Shown here: in pieces, positions 20,293 through 30,446 of the stretch
Numbering within the stretch: position 1 is the stretch's first letter
Layout: each line of letters begins with the position of its first letter
The notes under the pieces: model-generated
The model's database searches: none
Told to the model about the DNA's origin: nothing
The model's input: only the letters and a program-made list of their open reading frames with translations
From: Candidatus Omnitrophota bacterium
GTDB lineage: Bacteria; Omnitrophota; Gorgyraeia; Duberdicusellales; 4484-171
DNA: 64,000 bases
Assembly: GCA_016935525.1 (NCBI GenBank)
Contig: JAFGQU010000004.1
Span: forward strand, 65,314 to 129,313
Reading direction: 5' to 3'
Translations under genes and position numbers: made by a program

Positions 20293-21729
20293 TCATTTCA
20301 AAGATTCCTCGCCGCGCCGGCAGATCTCTTTGGCGTATTCAGTCCATACCCCCTGCCCCCAGTAACGGAAACAGCTGGTCTGGGACAACAGCAGGTAGAG
20401 TAACGCCTCTTTATATCTTTTATCGGCAGGATCGGGTTGTTTCTTGAACTTTTCATGAAAAGAAACGCTTAACGTATTGATCGGATCAAGGATATCTTCA
20501 TATCCTTTCACCCAGCTACGGTCATTGGTCCAGGATCCCCGGTCGAGATTGAAACTCGAGTCTTTCTGGTGAATTTTCTCGATCGCACGATCCGCCGCGC
20601 CGGGCGAGAATGTGGAAACTTCCTGCCAGATCCGATGCTGCGATATCGGTTGTATCGCGTCAAACGCATCTTCTTGTATCCCCTGCCCTTTGACATATTC
20701 AAGATATTCCGAGCCGTTCATCGCGACTACGCCTTCAGTTGAGATTTCACCGAACGCCTGTTTGAACCCGGCGGGAAACTCGTTCATCATTACTCCCCCG
20801 TTTTCTCCATCGCCGATCTGAAGCACAAACGGACAGATCGTCTTTTTTCCGTACTCTCGAGGATGTAAGCCTTTGGCTTCATAATAGGGTTGCATCTGGG
20901 CAACGAGTTTAGTATCCGACCCTTGAGTCTTGATCAAAGCGGTGATCTCGGCAACTTCATTTTTTGAATTTTTCGCGATCAACCGGTGAGGGAAATGAGG
21001 GTTACGGATGCCGGAACCGTCAAGATTCTCTACGGTATGTTCCTGGACCATAAGCCACTGGTATCCGCATTCTTTTAACGCTTTGATGTATTCATAACAT
21101 ACATCCGGATGTATGGGCAGATGCATTTCCGGTGGAGAAAAACCTTTTACTCTTCTTAACGCGTCCATTCCGAAAAGAGAAGCAAAATGGTGCCGCCAGG
21201 CGAGCATATGCAGTTTAAGATCGCACACCGGAGTGGAACTTGCCACCGCATGCGACCACATCGTACCCAGCCATTCCGCGTAACGATAATACTTCTTATC
21301 GCAGGTGATCTTTTTCAGATTCTCGATCACCTGAGTCTGGCCCATCTGAGGAAGGCCCCAAAACAAGTTGCCCGAATAATCAAGCATCACCCGGGGATTT
21401 TTCCCCTCCGAGACTAATTCACGTATGAAATCGGATATCCGGCTATAACACCATAAGAATACCGAAGCATTATGATTATCACCCATATCCTGATGTTCCA
21501 TCATATGCTGAAGGTTAGAGATAAGGCCGGCGCCTCTTATATCATCGGTGGATGCGGGAATAGTCGGCTGATGCATATGCAGAGCGACCCCGAAAGACGC
21601 CCGGACCCGGTCAAAATGAAGATTGGAAGTGTCCCGATAATCGTTCTTCACGGAAGACTGCAGCTCTTTTTCTGAATAAGTACCCCAGATATCAGGAAAC
21701 TGAGTAACACGAGGAATAGTCGTTTTCAT
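20293..21729 (-). CDS. Glycoside hydrolase family 57 protein
   Basis: LHMHQP, GFSPPEM, GDGENGG; start moved to 21729 (ATGA overlap with upstream stop). Confidence 0.85.
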   Translation of the reverse strand: MKTTIPRVTQFPDIWGTYSEKELQSSVKNDYRDTSNLHFDRVRASFGVALHMHQPTIPASTDDIRGAGLISNLQHMMEHQDMGDNHNASVFLWCYSRISDFIRELVSEGKNPRVMLDYSGNLFWGLPQMGQTQVIENLKKITCDKKYYRYAEWLGTMWSHAVASSTPVCDLKLHMLAWRHHFASLFGMDALRRVKGFSPPEMHLPIHPDVCYEYIKALKECGYQWLMVQEHTVENLDGSGIRNPHFPHRLIAKNSKNEVAEITALIKTQGSDTKLVAQMQPYYEAKGLHPREYGKKTICPFVLQIGDGENGGVMMNEFPAGFKQAFGEISTEGVVAMNGSEYLEYVKGQGIQEDAFDAIQPISQHRIWQEVSTFSPGAADRAIEKIHQKDSSFNLDRGSWTNDRSWVKGYEDILDPINTLSVSFHEKFKKQPDPADKRYKEALLYLLLSQTSCFRYWGQGVWTEYAKEICRRGEESLK

Positions 21730-23444
21730 TTCTTTTTCCTTTTTTTTATAACGGTTTTTTTCAGCTTTACCGCCGGATGAGATGCCGGTTTTTTCTTTTT
21801 TCCGGTACGCGCGGGGTTTATTCTCCCGATTTTTCTGTCCAGATAATACCGGGCACAATCGATATGAGAAAAGATATTATCCCGCCACTCGACTTCACGC
21901 AGCCAATCCTCATCGAGAGTACCGCTGGTGATCAGAGACTCATAAATATGATGAAAACGGTTAATATGGGTTTTCACCCGTTTATGCGCGTAAGGGACCA
22001 TCGTCCCGGTCTTCATGATGAACGGCCAGTCACTCGATTCGGCAAGCAGCAATTCGCGTGCGGCCTGATTAAGCGCGCGACGCACAATACTTTTTTTAGA
22101 CCCGCTGGCCAGGTGAGACGAAAATTTCTCAATAAGTTCAGCCATACAACGGGCAGCTTGATGAAGATAAGGATATACCCAGTCGTTACTTCCTTCAAGC
22201 CAGAATTCGCTATACCCTTTATATCCCCAGGTCGAAAACGAAGGTAACGACATCTGATTAGTAGGATATTCGCTCAGGTATTCCGAAGGGGTGATCAATG
22301 TTACTGTCTGCTGGTCGTAGGCGATCTTTCTTATCAGAAAATCAATCCATAACGGCCCCTCAAACCACCAGTGGCCGAATAATTCAGCATCGTAAGGAGC
22401 AAGAATGATCGGTTTACGGTCCATATGATAGCTGAGATGTTCTATCTGTTTTTCCCGGTTATACATGAAATTACCGGCATGATTTGCCGCTTTTTCTTTC
22501 GCCCAGTCCGGCCGGTACGCTTCTTTATAGTCGGTATTGCCGGTAATACGCCAATACTTCATACCGGTATTGACCCGGAATCCCTCAGGATGGATATACG
22601 GTTTAATGTAATTATATTCCAGCTCATGCCCGATATCGCGATAATACTCCCGGTAATCCGGGTCGCCGGGATACCCTTCTTTCGAACTCCATACCTGTTT
22701 AGAAGATTCCCAATCGCGGCCGAACGCGGCGACTCCCGAAGGACAATAAATGGGAGCATACACGCTGTAACGGGGAACGGGATCGGCATTGATGATCCCG
22801 TGCGAATCGACAATGAAATAACGGATACCCGCTTCTTTCAGGACTTCATCCACCCCGGGATAATATCCGCATTCGGGAAGCCAGAATCCCCGCGGGGCTC
22901 GGCCGAAAGTCTTTTTATAATGTTCTACTCCCACTCGAACCTGAGCCCGTACACTTTCGGGATTCACGCTTAAATTGGGTAAAAAACCGTGCGTCGCGCA
23001 CGATCCGATGATCTCAACTACTCCCAGATCCTGAAATTTTTTGAATGCCGAGACCAGGTCACGATGATACCGGTCAAGAAAGATCTCTTTCGTCTCTTTG
23101 AACCGACGATTATACATAAGTGCCAGTCCGTGATAGTGAGGGTCGAAGCCGGTACGTTCGACTTCTTTTTCCGAAAGTTCTATCAATTTATTGATGTGCC
23201 GGACAAACCGGTTTTGCAGGAGGCCGTCGCGTAACATCGAAACGAGCGGCGGAGTAAAGGACATGGTCATACGGAACGGGACGCCGTCTTCGACGAGACG
23301 GTCAAATATCCGGATCAACGGAATATAGGTCTCGGTAATCGCTTCGAAAAGCCAGTTTTCTTCAAGAAAATATTCTTCTTCCGGGTGCCGGACAAACGGG
23401 AGGTGAGTATGAAGCAATAGGCATAAATATCCTTTTGACGTCAT
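21726..23444 (-). CDS. GH57 1,4-alpha-glucan branching enzyme (DUF1957 domain)
   Basis: LHTHLPFV, EAITETYIPL, GFWLPECGY, PYDAELFGHWWFEG, SSDWPFI. Confidence 0.92.
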   Translation of the reverse strand: MTSKGYLCLLLHTHLPFVRHPEEEYFLEENWLFEAITETYIPLIRIFDRLVEDGVPFRMTMSFTPPLVSMLRDGLLQNRFVRHINKLIELSEKEVERTGFDPHYHGLALMYNRRFKETKEIFLDRYHRDLVSAFKKFQDLGVVEIIGSCATHGFLPNLSVNPESVRAQVRVGVEHYKKTFGRAPRGFWLPECGYYPGVDEVLKEAGIRYFIVDSHGIINADPVPRYSVYAPIYCPSGVAAFGRDWESSKQVWSSKEGYPGDPDYREYYRDIGHELEYNYIKPYIHPEGFRVNTGMKYWRITGNTDYKEAYRPDWAKEKAANHAGNFMYNREKQIEHLSYHMDRKPIILAPYDAELFGHWWFEGPLWIDFLIRKIAYDQQTVTLITPSEYLSEYPTNQMSLPSFSTWGYKGYSEFWLEGSNDWVYPYLHQAARCMAELIEKFSSHLASGSKKSIVRRALNQAARELLLAESSDWPFIMKTGTMVPYAHKRVKTHINRFHHIYESLITSGTLDEDWLREVEWRDNIFSHIDCARYYLDRKIGRINPARTGKKKKPASHPAVKLKKTVIKKRKKK

Positions 23445-23461
23445 CGAACTTTTTTAGATTT

Positions 23462-24601
23462 TTACGAACTGTATCGGGTTTTGTTGCGCCGTACCGAAGT
23501 AGTAATACCACGTTTCTCTATCTTATCTTGAGATTGTGCAACAAAATCAAGAGGAATATACCCGGCATCCGGCAACCCAAAACGGAGGGTAAACGTCCCG
23601 TCGGGACGTAACTTGATATTTTTATCACCCAGCCATACCGTCGCGTCCGGTTCGGTACGGCCGTATACAATCAGTTCAGTCCCGATCTCAAAGAAAAATT
23701 TTCTCACCGGAGACGGTTGATGACTCGCGCCTGAAGAAAGAGTTTCACTGGCGCCGCCTTTTTCAACCATCTCGGCAGAAGATCCCAGAAGGACCTTTCT
23801 TAAGAAATCGCTTCGCGATAATCCCTGGATCAACAGATCGTCAAGGACCACTTTCCCGTCCTGAAGGACTACCTGGTGCTCTTCACGATTCTCACGGGCA
23901 AGCCGCATCGCCACGATCCGCTGCAGGAGCGGAAAAAGACGGGAATAATACGCACGGATATCCGCTTCGGTAAGAAAAATACGGTCACGAAACCGCCGGC
24001 CGTGAGGAGTTACTCCTCCTTCAGTCTGTTTTTTTACGTTTTCGACCAGCACATATGGCTGTGTTTCCAGATCATCTTTTACTTCCATCCAGATCATTTC
24101 TGACCGGCCGGAAGACCCCTGACGGGGAGTAGAGACAAAATTGGAACGGGCAAGCCTCATGAATGTACCGTCGGGAGTACGTAACCCTACATCGGCGCAA
24201 TACGCCGTGTTATCCGACCAGGAATCGATATACCAATTGTGGGTAAACGGCCCGACATCAATATCGAACGCGCGGTTAGGCTGGTCTCCCTTTTTAAAAT
24301 CTTTATAGGTCACATCATATACCCGGACCGTCTGAGTAGACTGTTTAAAAGTCTCCTCTCCCAGATTGTGTTTAGCTTCTTCTAATTTTTCCGGAGCCAC
24401 ATTCCAGTAAGCATGGACCCAATGGGGATCCCGGGCCATAAGCGTAATGTTAGTATTGTTCTGTTGAGCAGGAAGATCCTGATTGTCGACCGAAACCGGT
24501 TTTGTCAATGTAGGCGGCCGTACCGGAACATATTCCGGAGATCTTGAGGGAATACTGGATGCGGCATTTGTTTGAGTTTTATTATTTTGTGAACGTGCCA
24601 C
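23462..24601 (-). CDS. DUF4912 domain protein
   Basis: LMARDPHWVHAYW, RVYDVT, LARSNFVSTP, ELIVYGRTEPDA...DGTF. Confidence 0.85.
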   Translation of the reverse strand: MARSQNNKTQTNAASSIPSRSPEYVPVRPPTLTKPVSVDNQDLPAQQNNTNITLMARDPHWVHAYWNVAPEKLEEAKHNLGEETFKQSTQTVRVYDVTYKDFKKGDQPNRAFDIDVGPFTHNWYIDSWSDNTAYCADVGLRTPDGTFMRLARSNFVSTPRQGSSGRSEMIWMEVKDDLETQPYVLVENVKKQTEGGVTPHGRRFRDRIFLTEADIRAYYSRLFPLLQRIVAMRLARENREEHQVVLQDGKVVLDDLLIQGLSRSDFLRKVLLGSSAEMVEKGGASETLSSGASHQPSPVRKFFFEIGTELIVYGRTEPDATVWLGDKNIKLRPDGTFTLRFGLPDAGYIPLDFVAQSQDKIEKRGITTSVRRNKTRYSS

Positions 24602-24613
24602 TTAAATCCCCTT

Positions 24614-25774
24614 TTAACTATTATACACAATCAATGCCTGATCAGCTATTGTATCCCAGGAAAAAACCGTCTCAACCGCAACTCGCCCGTTACGCCCCAT
24701 CCATCGGCCATATTCAAAATCAGAGAACAACGTGCCTAACCCCCAGGCAATAGAATCGGGATGGATATAAGTTTTAAGACCGTTCACTTCATGCCAGATG
24801 ATCTCAGACGGCCCGCCTGAGTCACACGCGACGACCGGTTTACCCGAACTCCAGGCTTCAAGTAATACTATGCCAAACGGTTCGTTTCGACTGGGCACAC
24901 ATACACAGTCGCAGGCTTTATAAAGGTCCGCCAGACGCCACCCGTTGAGGAATCCGGGAAACCGGGTAGCATGACTCACCCCTAATTGTCCGGCCCTCTC
25001 TTCAACACTCCTGCGCATCTCACCGTCCCCGACAAACACGAATTTCGCATGGGGATAATATTTCAATATATGGGGGATCGCTTCGATCAACAGATCCGGC
25101 CCTTTTTGATATACGATCCTTCCCACGAAAAGGACCATCGGATCCATCGGGCCGATCCCGTACATAGTGCGCACTGCCGCCGGATCAATCCACCCGTCAT
25201 AATTCCAATAACTGATCCCGTTATAGATCACATCGATCTTTCCGTCGGGAACGTGATACATCCACTGTGCTTCATTTTTGAGAGATTTTGATACCGCGAT
25301 CACCCGGTCGGCACAGTAAGTGCCCAACCATTCGTGATGACGTATCCGTTCGGAGTTGCCGTTAAAAAAGTTATTCCCGCACCTCCCGTATTCGGTAGAA
25401 TGGAGGGTAAACACCCCTTTATGCCCTCTCCCCTTTTTTATCCAATCAAGCGCATTGGCGGTCAACCAGTCGTGAGCGTGGACAATATCAAACCGTCCGA
25501 TATGATTTTCGGTCTGAAAAAAAGCGTCAACGAAAGAACGGCACATATTGTTGGTTTCTTCAATGAAATCGGAATGGAAAGAATAAGGGCACCGATGATA
25601 GTGGACGCCGTGGATACATTCATACCACGGTTGGCCGGGGTCACCGACCCGGGTGAACACATGGATCTCATGCCCTTTACGGGCAAGAGCCGCGGCGAGC
25701 TCGGTAATATGAAACGCGATGCCTCCAACAGTGATGGAATGCAGGGATTCCCACGCAAAAAGAGCTACTTTCAT
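24614..25774 (-). CDS. GT4 glycosyltransferase (putative glucan synthase)
   Basis: WESLHSITVGG, HAHDWL, HSTEYGR, VGRIVYQKG, PSRNEPFGIVLLEAW. Confidence 0.88.
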   Translation of the reverse strand: MKVALFAWESLHSITVGGIAFHITELAAALARKGHEIHVFTRVGDPGQPWYECIHGVHYHRCPYSFHSDFIEETNNMCRSFVDAFFQTENHIGRFDIVHAHDWLTANALDWIKKGRGHKGVFTLHSTEYGRCGNNFFNGNSERIRHHEWLGTYCADRVIAVSKSLKNEAQWMYHVPDGKIDVIYNGISYWNYDGWIDPAAVRTMYGIGPMDPMVLFVGRIVYQKGPDLLIEAIPHILKYYPHAKFVFVGDGEMRRSVEERAGQLGVSHATRFPGFLNGWRLADLYKACDCVCVPSRNEPFGIVLLEAWSSGKPVVACDSGGPSEIIWHEVNGLKTYIHPDSIAWGLGTLFSDFEYGRWMGRNGRVAVETVFSWDTIADQALIVYNS

Positions 25775-26143
25775 TTATGCACCCACTTCAAGAACCGAGT
25801 TGATTGTCCCGAAAGAATTTTTTGAAGTATTGGAATTGATCGGATCAGTCCACCACTGACCGTCTACGATAAATTTATATTCATACCGGCCGGGATTAAG
25901 GGTCATACCGATACTCCATACTCCGTTACGGTCCTTTTTCATTTTCGTGCCATTGGTGTTCCACGAATTAAAATCACCGGTTAGAGCGACTTTTTTGGCA
26001 TCAGGAGCGGTTAACTGAAAATCGACTTTCTTCCCGGCGCTCTTTTTAGCGACACTCGGTTTCAGGACTTTGGTAATTTTCATATTTGCCCCCTTTCTCT
26101 TGGTTTGGGTTATTTTCTTTTGCACCGAACTTTTGTTTCTCAT
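25775..26143 (-). CDS. Stand-alone CBM48/AMPK-beta-type glycogen-binding protein
   Basis: APDAKKVALTGDFNSW...W...LNPGRYEYKFIVDGQWWTDP; both 26143 and 26083 starts have G-rich RBS. Confidence 0.88.
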   Translation of the reverse strand: MRNKSSVQKKITQTKRKGANMKITKVLKPSVAKKSAGKKVDFQLTAPDAKKVALTGDFNSWNTNGTKMKKDRNGVWSIGMTLNPGRYEYKFIVDGQWWTDPINSNTSKNSFGTINSVLEVGA

Positions 26144-26297
26144 TCTTACCCCCTTTTTTCTATTGTGCTCCCGGGCATACCTGTAGGATGCAATGAAAAT
26201 TCGTTATTGAAAAGATAATGGAAATGACTCCGGAACTTCCCTTTTATATAAAGACATCCCTGTCCATTCTGCTGGCAGGTATCAATCAGGAGATTAT

Positions 26298-26326
26298 ATT
26301 ATGTTATTAATTAAAGTTTTAGTCAA
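26298..26326 (-). promoter_or_regulatory. Sigma70 promoter for the glucan operon
   Basis: TTGACT-17 nt-CATAAT on the minus strand. Confidence 0.6.
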
Positions 26327-26667
26327 TTATTTTTTTAAATAACTTATTATCCCTCTCGGCCGCCTGACGGACGAGAAGCATCCGTCCATCGAAAAAAGCT
26401 TTAAAATGAAGGGGTATTCTCCTCAGGGAACGCTTTTTGCCGGGAGAACCTCGGAAGCGGCCCGATGAAAAATCCCGGATCCGGTTCACCGAAAAACACC
26501 GGATTTTCTTCGGGAGCTTTTCCCGGCCGGGAGGCATCTCCTCTCGCCGGATAAAAAGACAGGGTATCTGATTATAATAAAAAGGCCCCTCAGAGGACGT
26601 ATTTGCGAACCCTTCACGCTCACGAAAAATACCCCTATTCATAAGAAAAATGACTACGGTTTTTTTG

Positions 26668-27096
26668 TTATAAATCAATCTGCTGTTTTCGGGAAAGGGA
26701 AAAATATCCTATACACTTTTCTTTGCGGTTCACTACATAGCGGAATTGGCCAAGATACAGGCTGTTTTTCTGGAGACATTTGATATAATCCCTTATCGGC
26801 CGCCAGAAAAAAGGATTTTCTTTCCGGTCGTAATCGATGAGGAGCGCGTCATGGGAATCTTGGGTGTACCGCAGGTCAAAATATCCCCAACGCCATCCGG
26901 AAAACATCAGGTTATACCCATACCCTTTACCTTCTTTACCATAAAAGACCTTACGATGATTACACCAGCTGAAATCAGGGAACCCGGTCAATATGTTTAC
27001 CCGATATTCTCCGTACAACTCTTCTAAAACCGGCTTTCGGGCAGCAGAGAAAAGTTCGTCAAGAGATTTGAAACTACGAGGCAATTGACCGGTCAT
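26668..27096 (-). CDS. Hypothetical protein
   Basis: ORF 3 nt after maf; aromatic beta-rich pattern (GYGYN, LLIDYD...NP, IRDY, YLG). Confidence 0.7.
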   Translation of the reverse strand: MTGQLPRSFKSLDELFSAARKPVLEELYGEYRVNILTGFPDFSWCNHRKVFYGKEGKGYGYNLMFSGWRWGYFDLRYTQDSHDALLIDYDRKENPFFWRPIRDYIKCLQKNSLYLGQFRYVVNRKEKCIGYFSLSRKQQIDL

Positions 27097-27099
27097 TTT

Positions 27100-27675
27100 T
27101 TAAAAAATTTCCCTCCCGACTTTACTTAATAATTTCGCCAGATGAGCCAGAGGTAATCCCACCACGTTATAATAGCATCCTTCAATACGGTCAATAAATA
27201 CCGCGCCTAATCCCTGGATAGCAAACCCTCCGGCTTTATCAAAAGGAGAGACTTTTTCAAAATATCTTTTTATCTGCGTATCGGTCAAAGGATACATATA
27301 GATCTTCGTTTTCTCATAGCCGGTGAAACACCGGTTACGCCAGACATCCAGGACCGCGATCCCGGTATATACCCAGTGGGGATTGCGGGAAAGTTTTTTT
27401 AAAGTTCTTACCGCCGCCGCGAACGTCTTCGGTTTTCCGATGATCTTTTTTGAAACGACCACTACCGTGTCGGCGGCGATTATGATGCCGCGGTCAAGCC
27501 GGCCGGCTACGGACATGGCTTTGCTTTGCGCGTTCTTTATCACCAACTGACGGTAAGAACGGTATCCCCGTGAACGCTCGACGCTGTCGGAGACGATCAC
27601 TTGGAACTTTAAGCCGAGCTGAGCGAGTAGCTTTTTCCTCGCCGGCGACCGGGAAGCAAGAATAAGCGGCTGCAT
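27100..27675 (-). CDS. maf: Maf nucleoside triphosphate pyrophosphatase
   Basis: ILASRSP, AADTVV, IGKP, DKAGGFAIQG, NVVGLP. Confidence 0.93.
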   Translation of the reverse strand: MQPLILASRSPARKKLLAQLGLKFQVIVSDSVERSRGYRSYRQLVIKNAQSKAMSVAGRLDRGIIIAADTVVVVSKKIIGKPKTFAAAVRTLKKLSRNPHWVYTGIAVLDVWRNRCFTGYEKTKIYMYPLTDTQIKRYFEKVSPFDKAGGFAIQGLGAVFIDRIEGCYYNVVGLPLAHLAKLLSKVGREIF

Positions 27676-27689
27676 ACAGAGGGTATTGG

Positions 27690-28007
27690 TTACGCTTTCT
27701 TTTTCAACTTATCGATCTGGATATTGATCGCTTTGATCTCATTCAGCAGGATGTGTTCTTTTTTTACATCCACATCTTTAGATTCGGAAAGGTACGCGAC
27801 GGTTTTGCCCAATTCATAATAAAGTTTTTCTCTTTGTAACGTAAGGCTCAATACGTCCAGATTACTCTTGCCTTTACCGGACATGTCTTTGAGGTACTTC
27901 TCTCCTTTTTTCATCATCCCGTCGGCTTCTTTCATTACCTTATCGATATCTTTTTTCGTTTTCTTCCACAGTGTATCCATTTTTTCTTTCATATCCCCTT
28001 TTGCCAT
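27690..28007 (-). CDS. Hypothetical helical Lys-rich protein
   Basis: GGAGG RBS; REKLYYELGK motif, coiled-coil composition. Confidence 0.7.
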   Translation of the reverse strand: MAKGDMKEKMDTLWKKTKKDIDKVMKEADGMMKKGEKYLKDMSGKGKSNLDVLSLTLQREKLYYELGKTVAYLSESKDVDVKKEHILLNEIKAINIQIDKLKKKA

Positions 28008-28067
28008 AGATTATACCTCCATTTTTTAACGCCGGCCTGTATATTCGACTCTCTTTTTTACCTATCG

Positions 28068-28736
28068 TTACTTTTTAGTACAAATAAATATAAAATGGTT
28101 GGAAAAATAATAAGGAATAAACAGATTACGCAACCAGGTGAGCAGCGGTTTATTGAACTTATTATGGTGTGATACCCTGAGCACAGTCAACCCGGCTTCT
28201 TCGATAAACTGTTTCCATCGCGCAAAAGAGTAGAGCGCTTCGATCTCCTGGTGACGTACCGGCCCGGCGCCTTTACGTAATGTATCCCAGATGAATTTGT
28301 AATAATAAATATTCGGAACCATGATGACCGCCTGGCCTTGCGGCTTTATCACCCGACACATCTCACTGAGGATAGAGGGAATCGAAGGGAAATGTTCCAC
28401 GATCCCCAGCGCCGTCACATAATCGAAGATATTGTCGCCAAACGGGAGGGGATCGGCATTGGCGCAGAGGATCTGTTGCGGATTACTCACCCTCTTTCGG
28501 GCGATCTCGGTAGCATTTTCGGAAAGATCGATGCCCCACAGGTCTATGCCGTTGCCCTCAAGCCCCATAAGATAGGCTCCGGTACCGCAACCGATATCCA
28601 ATAGTTTTTCTCCTTTTTGAGGAGAGATCAATCGTTTGAAAAACTCGATTTCCCGTGATTTTACCGGATGCAGTTTAAATACATCTGCTACTGATTCGGA
28701 ATTGCCATAATACGAACGGTCGTAAAAGCTGCTCAT
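28068..28736 (-). CDS. Class I SAM-dependent methyltransferase
   Basis: LLDIGCGTG, GIDLS, LPFGDNIFD, IVEHF. Confidence 0.88.
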   Translation of the reverse strand: MSSFYDRSYYGNSESVADVFKLHPVKSREIEFFKRLISPQKGEKLLDIGCGTGAYLMGLEGNGIDLWGIDLSENATEIARKRVSNPQQILCANADPLPFGDNIFDYVTALGIVEHFPSIPSILSEMCRVIKPQGQAVIMVPNIYYYKFIWDTLRKGAGPVRHQEIEALYSFARWKQFIEEAGLTVLRVSHHNKFNKPLLTWLRNLFIPYYFSNHFIFICTKK

Positions 28737-28784
28737 TGTTTCACCAAAAATCCTATCATATTTTTTGTAGTATTCTTTTAAAAA

Positions 28785-29177
28785 TCACTTTTGATCCATA
28801 CTTAAATTCCCGCCGCCGAAAAGCAATAATGTAAACAGGCTCATTAAAATGACCAATACATACTCGTATCCCCCGTCGGCGAGAAAAAACCCATGGATCA
28901 GATGGACCTTCGCCATAGCGATTAACATCACTCCCGTCAAGAGTAACGCGCTCAACCGGGTGAACAGGCCCAGGATAAGAAAAATCCCGCCGATAAATTC
29001 TACATAGGCAACGACAAATGCCAATGGCCCGGCCATCGGAAACCCTAAATCCGTCAGCATTTTAGTGAATCCGGCAATCCCGGGTCCGTCAAACATTCCA
29101 AACGCCTTCTGTAAACCATGCAGAATAAATATCGTACCTAACCCTAATCTGATCGGAAATACCGCCCATTCTTTCAC
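28785..29177 (-). CDS. DoxX-family membrane protein
   Basis: RLGLGTIFILHGLQK, EFIGG...GLFTR, GGYEY, GGGNLSMD. Confidence 0.9.
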   Translation of the reverse strand: MKEWAVFPIRLGLGTIFILHGLQKAFGMFDGPGIAGFTKMLTDLGFPMAGPLAFVVAYVEFIGGIFLILGLFTRLSALLLTGVMLIAMAKVHLIHGFFLADGGYEYVLVILMSLFTLLLFGGGNLSMDQK

Positions 29178-30313
29178 TTTCTACCTCCTGTTATAAGATG
29201 GTGAATAATCCCCCATTTATTTTTCATCCCGTAACTCCGGTATATACTTAAAATATAATGTAAAAACATTCCTATCCTTCCTTTTACTTTTACGCCTAAA
29301 GCAACTCCATAGGCACGATCATTCGCCAGAGGCACTACATAACCTAAATCACAAGGCTGATAAGGGATTAACCTCTGATCCTGTATACTGCGGATCAGAT
29401 TGCGCCCGGCGCATTGTCCTTGGGTGACCGCCGCCTGTACCGATAATCTCAAAGGGACTCCGTGATATTCAAAATAAGCGGTATCGCCGGCAACAAAAAT
29501 GTTTTCCCGGCCCTCAAGACGCAAATACCGATCGACCGGCAGCCGGTTCTGCGGTAACTTCTGAGCGGTAAGCCCCGCGCAAAAAAAAGGCGTACGCACC
29601 CCGCTTACCCATAAAAACATCGCATCTTCAAAGACTTGGCCGTCAGATAATTCTATCCTTTTATTTTGACAATCTTTTACGGTAGCGTTATAGATACGGC
29701 CGATTTTCAGCTGGTCCAAGTTCCGTTCTACATGTTTTTTTATCCACTCCGGCAACGGCCCCAAAAGCGAAGAAGTTTTCTCTACAATCGTTATAGTTTT
29801 ATTTTGGTTATTTCGGTCCAAATACGCCCTTATATTGGTAGCAAGTTCAATACCGGTATACCCTCCTCCGGCAATAATAAACCGGGAATATTCGTTCCTT
29901 TTTAAAACCTCAACGATTTTTTTTACCTCATCGATATCATTAAATGTATACGCTTGTTCTTTCAATACGTCGTTTCCGTAAAAATTAGTGACTGTTCCCG
30001 GAGAAATGATCAGGTAATCATAATCCAATTTTCCCTGACGCATCTCCAAGATAGATTTTTGCGTATCAATGGCAATAACCTCGTCGCATACAAAGCGCGC
30101 CCGGCAATCTCCGGCAATCTTCGCCAAAGGATATTGAAGATACCGGGCCGGGATCCTTTTTCCGATAATATCGGGTAATAACGGCAAAAACTGGGAAGAA
30201 CGACGTGTATCGACAAGGGTTATTTCTAAATCGGTAGGGGTGCTCCGCGCGAGCGTTTTTAACGCATTGATACCGGCAAACCCGCCGCCGACGATAACAA
30301 CTTTTTTACTCAT
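29174..30313 (-). CDS. Type II NADH dehydrogenase-like FAD oxidoreductase
   Basis: VVIVGGGFAG, second GGGYTGIELA, IFVAGD. Confidence 0.85.
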   Translation of the reverse strand: MSKKVVIVGGGFAGINALKTLARSTPTDLEITLVDTRRSSQFLPLLPDIIGKRIPARYLQYPLAKIAGDCRARFVCDEVIAIDTQKSILEMRQGKLDYDYLIISPGTVTNFYGNDVLKEQAYTFNDIDEVKKIVEVLKRNEYSRFIIAGGGYTGIELATNIRAYLDRNNQNKTITIVEKTSSLLGPLPEWIKKHVERNLDQLKIGRIYNATVKDCQNKRIELSDGQVFEDAMFLWVSGVRTPFFCAGLTAQKLPQNRLPVDRYLRLEGRENIFVAGDTAYFEYHGVPLRLSVQAAVTQGQCAGRNLIRSIQDQRLIPYQPCDLGYVVPLANDRAYGVALGVKVKGRIGMFLHYILSIYRSYGMKNKWGIIHHLITGGRK

Positions 30314-30409
30314 AATCTGTCCTTTTATGTGCCGAGAGCTATTTTACCACAACCTTACCATAATTATAATATCAAAAGTCTCGCCCCCTCTTTTCGAGAA
30401 ATCTGCAGG

Positions 30410-30446
30410 TTGCCGATATTTTTCACCTATGATAGAATACAGCCGA
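30410..30446 (+). promoter_or_regulatory. Sigma70 promoter, probably leaderless, for menA
   Basis: TTGCCG-17-TAGAAT with TGn extension; ATG 7 nt after the -10; no RBS. Confidence 0.6.

Noticed and set aside
26319-26678. 119-aa minus-strand ORF
   Set aside because: Arg/Phe-rich shadow-like composition over a structured intergenic region; no recognisable domain
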